Assembly (NCBI GenBank): GCA_003990765.1
Contig: RBNJ01000119.1
Location: 1 to 40,588 of the forward strand
From: Jimgerdemannia flammicorona
Taxonomy: Eukaryota
Direction of reading: 5' to 3'
DNA: 40,588 nucleotides
Shown: positions 34,361 through 40,588 of the stretch, piece after piece
Position numbering within the stretch: the first letter of the stretch is position 1
Layout of the letters: the number at the start of each line of letters is the position of its first letter
Notes under the pieces: generated by a model
The model's database searches: none
What the model saw: the letters and a program-made list of their open reading frames with translations, nothing else
What the model was told of the DNA's origin: nothing
Translations under genes and position numbers: made by a program

Positions 34361-36944
34361 ATAGTAGAACTTTGATCTTACCTTTGAATTCTTGGTCTAT
34401 AACTCCTCCAGCTATATAAAGTCTCTTTTTCTCGGCCAGACTACTCCTTTCTACAAGGCAGATATAGATTTCTTTAGAGACTTCTATTCTAATATCTATA
34501 CTAATAATTGCTTGCTTATCTGGTTCAATGGTTACTTCTATACTAGAGTAGAGATCATAGCCAGTATCAGATTCATATACTTTGTCTGGGATCTTTATAG
34601 TGATGTAGAATCTCTTAATTTTAATTTTCTCAGAGATTTCTTTGGGATTATCTCTTATTATAGTGATGGTATGTGAGAAGGATGGTCCTTTATTCATATT
34701 GGTCTTCTTGTTGGGACATTTATGAGACATATGTCCTCTTTTTTTACAGTGAAAATATACTTCTTTCTTTATAAGCTCTTCTATTTTCTTATCAGATAGT
34801 TTCTTGAATCTACTTTATAATCTTAAGAACTCATTCTGGAGTTTGTACTTCTTCTCAGATTGATATTATTTGTCTCTTTTGTTATTGTTCTTATTGTCTC
34901 TTAACCTTTGAGCTATAAGGATGATATATGCTCTAGTGATAGCTTGTCCTAGATACTATTACTCATATGGGCAATCATAGGGTCATTCTTGTTCACAGAT
35001 TTTTTCTAATTATCATCCAGAGATGGCATCAAAGAAATAAGCAGCTCTGGTTCCATTTACAGTTTATTCTCATTAGCTATATTCTACTCTTATAGTTTTC
35101 AGAGGAGTTTCTAGTCTTATAGTAAATACTTTAAGATCTTCTTTTCTATCATTATAGAATTGCAGATTCTTAAGCTTGATTCTGACTTTGGTAATATAGG
35201 CAGAGCTACAGAACTACTGAATAATTAGCTTCTTTAGATCTACAGTAGCTGGGTAGACTTCATAGTTAGAGTGATTATCATCTCTTTCACTTATATCAAT
35301 TTCAGTATGGGTTTTCCAGATAAGAGAGTATACTGATAGATTATACCACTACTGGGCAGCTGTGTCTGTGAAGTATATGGTAATCTTCTCTACTTGTAAG
35401 TCTGCAATTATATAGAGATCTTCAATCTCATACATAGTATATATTGTTATTAAGAGTACTGTCTAAGTTCTGATTATTATTCCATTTATTGACATAGTAA
35501 TTGATATCAACTGGTTCTATGAATATTATTACTTGGTCTGCTTTGCCTTCAAATGAAATAAGATAGAGTTCTTTTGTAAGCTTATTTGTTTCAATATTAA
35601 GGTAAAGAGCTTAGATAAGTATAGCTACTTAGTTAGTCAATACTACTATCTTATCATATACTAAGATCATTCTGTTATCTCTATTGTCTATTTGGTAAGA
35701 TAGTTGGGGTTCTTCTTCTATTGTTATAGTGGGTCAATTATGGTTTAGAGTTGACTCTTCTATAATATCACTAAGGTGGGTGAGCCTATAGATTGATGAT
35801 TTTAATAAAGTAACTATTAGATCTACTGTGACTTTTCATAAGCTTGATGTTCTTGGTGGTAGTTCTGTGATAGTGCTGGGTCTACTAACATCAAGTTTAG
35901 GTGTCTCTTCAATTATCCTCCTAGGCCTGAATAATATAGTGAGGGCCTTGCTAGATCTGGTAGCTTGTAGTTCTTATTACTAAATTATTCTTATTTATAT
36001 ATAGAGAATTTGATAATAGAAGTAGAATTTCTTTTGATAAGTATAGTATCCCTTATAGTTCAAAAAGGCCTTGACTTTATAGTAGTAGTTATTAGAGAGG
36101 AGGTTTAGAAAATATTTTCTCACAGTCTTAATAGATTCTTATATATATTTTTTATAAAAGTAGCTACTGACTAGCTTGTTGAATTTCTCCCTAAGTTCAA
36201 AAGTATAGAGGACTTCTTTGTTGAGTATGAGGAAAGTGTTAAATACTTCTTAGATAGTTTCATTGTTGAGTTTATCAAACTCCTCTTAGCTGATATAAGT
36301 TTCAGTCAACTAGGTAATAATTCTGTTAAATTCTTCAGCTTAATTCTAGAGAGTATTCAGGGTAACAGTGCTTCTTAACTATTACATATCAACAATGTTG
36401 GTAATATTGATCAGTTCTGATTATCTGTAGTAGATTCTTGAAGAAAGATTACTCATAGATAGAGAGTAACTTCTACTACTACTAAATTATAATAAAACTA
36501 TATACTGATAGAATTAATATATTGTAGAGAGTCAAAGACAACTTTTGGCTCTAGTTCTAAGTTTTTGAGAAAGCACTGAGTTCCAATTACCTTTTGTAGC
36601 AAAGTCTATATATTAATTTTAGGTTCTTATACTAGTAGAAGTACTATACTTGTATTTCAAGTTGATCAGACTTAGAATTATTAACAAATAGAATCTAAGA
36701 GTTCTGTAATAAGAATACTACTTTATTCTTATATTTGAAAAAAGTGGAGCTAAGGTTTCAATATACTTAGTTCAGAGAATATTTATATATATTTTGAGAC
36801 TATAACTAAATATGATATACTGGATATATTTGTATATAGTTATACTACTTTAGATAACTATAACTGCTAGTCAGAAATTCTATAGAAATTTCTGTAGAAA
36901 TTTCCATAGAAATTTCCATTAGAATTTCCAGAGATTTGTAGACA
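34361..36944 (-). mobile_element. Family C Gypsy, minus-strand copy: 5' LTR (36488-36944), gag and dUTPase truncated at the family A LTR
   Basis: Reverse complement of 36962-~39480. ORF 34341-34730 contains GYDLYS..ERSSLA..AGGVIDQEFKGKIKVLL. Confidence 0.85.
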
Positions 36945-36961
36945 TATGTAATGATTCATTA

Positions 36962-39900
36962 TACCTATAAAAGTTACTAGAAATTTTAATGGAAATTTCT
37001 ATGAAAATTTCTATAGAAATTCCAACTTATAGATATAGTTATCCAAAGTAGTATAACTATATATAGATATATCCAGTATACTATATTTAGTTATAGTCTC
37101 AAATGTATATAAATACCCTCTATACTGAGTATACTGAAACCTCAGCTCTGCTTTCTCTAAATATAAGAATAAAGTAATATTCTTATTATCAGAATTCTCA
37201 GATCTGACTTGTTAATAATTCTGAGCCTAATTAACTTGAAATATAAGTACAGTACTTCTACTAGTATAAGAACCTGAAAGTAATACTTGGACTCTACTAT
37301 AACAGATAATTAGAACTCAATACTTCCTTAAGAGTACAGAACTTAGGACTAATAAACATTATTAATTATCTGTAATATATTAATTCTATTGATATATAGT
37401 TTTATTACAATTTGGTAGCAGCAGCAGTTACTCTCTATCTCTCTTAAGAGTCTATAGATAATCAGAATCAGTCAATATTGCAGCAATAGTCAAAAAGTAT
37501 CTTCATTCTAGATACTCTTCAGACTCAAGCTAAAGAATTTAATAGAATTATTACTAAGTAAACTGAAACCTATATCAGCTAAGAGGAGTTTGATAAACTC
37601 AACAATGAAATCATCTAAGAAGTATTCAATATTTTTCTTATACTCAATAAAGAAGACCCCTATACTCTTAAACTTAAAGAGGAATTTAACAAGCTAATCA
37701 GTAGTTACTTTTATAAAATATATATATGAAAATCTATTGAGACTACAAGTAAACCTTCTCTCAAATGATTGCTACTACAAAGTTAAGGCCTTTCTGAATC
37801 ATAAAGGATACTATACTTATTAAAAGAAATCTCACTTCTATTACTAAATTCTCTATATATAATTAAGAATAATTCAATAATAAGATCCTCAAGCTATTAG
37901 ATCTAGCAAGGCTCTCACTATATCATCTAGACCTAGGAGAATAATTGAAGAGATATCTTAACCTGATATTAGTAGTCTCAGTACTATCACAGAACTATCA
38001 TTAAGAATATCAAGTTTATCAAAAATCATAGCAGATCTAATAGTTATTTCATCAAAACCACTAGTCTACAGACTTATTTAACTCAGTGATATTATAGAAA
38101 AGTCAACTCCAAACTATGAATGATACACCATAACAATAGAAGAAGATTCTCAACTATCTCACCAAATAGATAACAGAGATAGTAGAATGATATCAGTAGA
38201 TAACAAAATAGTAGCATTGGTTAACCAAGTAGCTATACTCACTCAAGCTCTTCACCTTAGTATTGAAACTAACAAATTCACAAAAGACCTCTACTTTACT
38301 CTATTTGAACAAAACAGATCATATAATAATATTTATAAAATAAGTTAATATTAATTATTATGCCAATGGGTAGAATAATAATCAGGACCCAAATAGCACT
38401 CTCAATATAATGAGTACTATGAGATTAAAGATCTTTATATAACTGCAGGCTCATAAGTAGAGAAGGTTGCTACATACTTTATAGACACAGCTGGCTAGTA
38501 GTGGCACAATCTATCAGTATACTCTCTTATCTAGGAAACCTATGATAAAATTAATACTATAAGTGAAAGAGATGATAACTACTCTAATTATGAAATCTAC
38601 TCTACTACTATGAGTCTAAAGGAACTAATCATCTAGCAGTTCTACAGCTCTGCTTATATTGTTAAAGCTACAACTAAGCTTAAGAACTCACAATTCTATA
38701 ATAATGAAAAAGAAGATCTTGAAGTATTTGCTATAAGACTAGAAACTCTCCTGAATATTATAGGAGCAGAATATAGTTAATGAGAATAGACTGTAAATAG
38801 AACCTGAGCTGTCTATTTCTTTAATGCTATCCCTAGATAGTTATTAAAAAAAATCAATAAATAAAGATAACTTTACAATTACTCATATAAGCAATAGTAC
38901 TTAGAACAAGCTATCACTAGAGAATATACCATCCTTATAGCCCAAAGATCAAGAGATAACAGAAATAATAATAAGGGAGATAAATGATATCAATTCAAAA
39001 AGAAGTTAAACCTTAGAATAAGTTCTCAAGATTATAAGATAGATTCAAGAAACTGTCTAATAAGGAAATAGAAGAAGGGAGTATGTTTCTATTGCAAAAA
39101 GAGAGGACATATGTTTTATGAATGTCTTGACAAGAAGACAAATATAAACAAAGGACCATTCTCCTCACACATTATCACTATGATAGAAGATGATCTCAAA
39201 GAAATCTCTGAGAAAATCAAGGTCAAGAGATTTCACATTACTGCAAAGCTCTCAGACAAAGTATATAAATCTAATACTGAGTATAATCTCTATACTAGCA
39301 TGGAAGTAACTATTAAATCAGACAAACAAGCAATCATTAGTACAGGTGTTAGAATAGAAGTCTCTAAAGAAACCTATATCTACCTTATAGAAAGGAGTAG
39401 TCTGATCAAAGAAGAGAGACTCTATATAGCTGGAGGAGTTATAGACTAAGAATTCAAAGGTTAAATTAAGGTCTTACTATATAATACTGGACAAAAGGCC
39501 ATTAAAATTATGTGTGGAAAATAAATTGCCCAAGCCATTATCAAGGTAATTATAATGATCTCAAAGTTGAAGAAATAAATAAACTGTCACTATCTGATAG
39601 AGGAGAAAATATCTTTAGATCAACAGAAAAGTACCCTGATAAGGCCAAGGAGAAGACTAAGATACAGAAGATTATCTACATTGAAGAACCTTAAGACTGA
39701 GATCAGAAATAATATTAGTATATTACTGATAGATATATCTCTATAGAACAATGCTCCCATAGAATCAAGATGTACTGTTTTGAATATATAAGAGAATATA
39801 TTACATATGTTCTTGAATCCAAGAAGTATAAGTCAACTATCCTAGAATGATGAGATGAAGAAATCAAGAATATCACATTGATTAGTGAACCAATACAATC

Positions 39901-40369
39901 TCTTTAGGAGATATCAAGTTACAACCTAAGTATACCAAGAAGAAACCAAAGCCTAGATGTGATATTATCTCTATCATTTAGATAAAGGAGCTGATTTTAA
40001 AACTAGACCAGTATATTTACATATATAGTTAAGAAGATCTCAGAAAGAGATGATGAAGAACTCTCCAAACTTCTGAAGAATGAAGATGATGAGAAAGACA
40101 ACCTCTAAGAATAACTTAAGAAATATAAAGATGTTTTTCAAGAACCTTAAGAACTGCTACCAGCCCAAGCAGTAGAATATATTATTGAGACCATTTTTAG
40201 TTTAGACTCTCTCTACTATAGAATCTATTAACTAGTCCAATCTGAGCTAGAACCTCTCAAGGAACAGTTAGCAGAATTAGTAAATAAAGATCTCATCTGT
40301 TTATCAAAATTACTATATAGTATACTAATCCTTTTTATCTATAAGAAGGATAGAAGTTTCTATATATAT
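36962..40369 (+). mobile_element. Family C Gypsy, plus-strand copy: 5' LTR (36962-37409), PBS, gag, dUTPase and start of RT
   Basis: LTR ends ...ttaca, followed by PBS tggtagcagc at 37413 (initiator tRNA-Met-like). Zinc knuckle CFYCKKRGHMFYEC (~39085). dUTPase at ~39216-39628. RT N-terminus SELEPLKEQLAELVNKDLI..LFIYKKD at ~40240-40355. Confidence 0.85.
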
Positions 40370-40588
40370 TGTAACAGACCAAAAACGTACCACCTGAATT
40401 ATAACTTAGCCAGATGACGCGAACAATTAGCATACTTACTCAGCATGATGTGACTCCCAGTGTATCATAGTTACTCATGCCCGCCACACTTATAATTAGC
40501 CAAGACACCAGATCAGGATTGTTTACCTGTGTCCTGCGGACACACTCATGTCCTGCGGACACACTCATGTCCTGCGGACACACTCATG
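40370..40588. mobile_element. End of a younger LTR inserted into the family C RT; includes a 19-bp tandem repeat (tgtcctgcggacacactca x3, 40530-40588)
   Basis: RT homology stops abruptly. The new sequence begins with an intact TGTAAC and retains CpGs. Runs off the window. Confidence 0.55.

Overview
Intron-containing eukaryotic DNA, very likely fungal. An early-diverging (Mucoromycota/Endogonales-like) origin is my inference from gene content. Two CpG-rich gene islands (~2.2-8.1 kb and ~17-22.2 kb) lie between CpG-free, transition-riddled transposon blocks. Host genes: an LRR pseudogene, an intact secreted GH18 class III (Cts1-like) chitinase with a CBM19 module, and a tandem BTB-BACK-SPRY pair (one intact, one pseudogene split by a minisatellite). 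Mobile elements: a complete 6.4-kb hAT transposon (9594-16000, perfect 8-bp TSD GCCTATAT) and at least three degenerate Ty3/Gypsy families (called A, B, C here), plus older relics and a young LTR at the window end. The best candidate for an undescribed system is the hAT element, which carries a second spliced gene resembling fungal TET/JBP 2OG-Fe(II) DNA dioxygenases. Other highlights: a ~275-codon ORF inside the 1.55-kb family A LTRs; dUTPase plus a shared small Cys/His module in two Gypsy families; a head-to-head Gypsy pair 17 bp apart; and RIP-like C-to-T/G-to-A mutation confined to repeats. All alignments and domain calls were made by eye.
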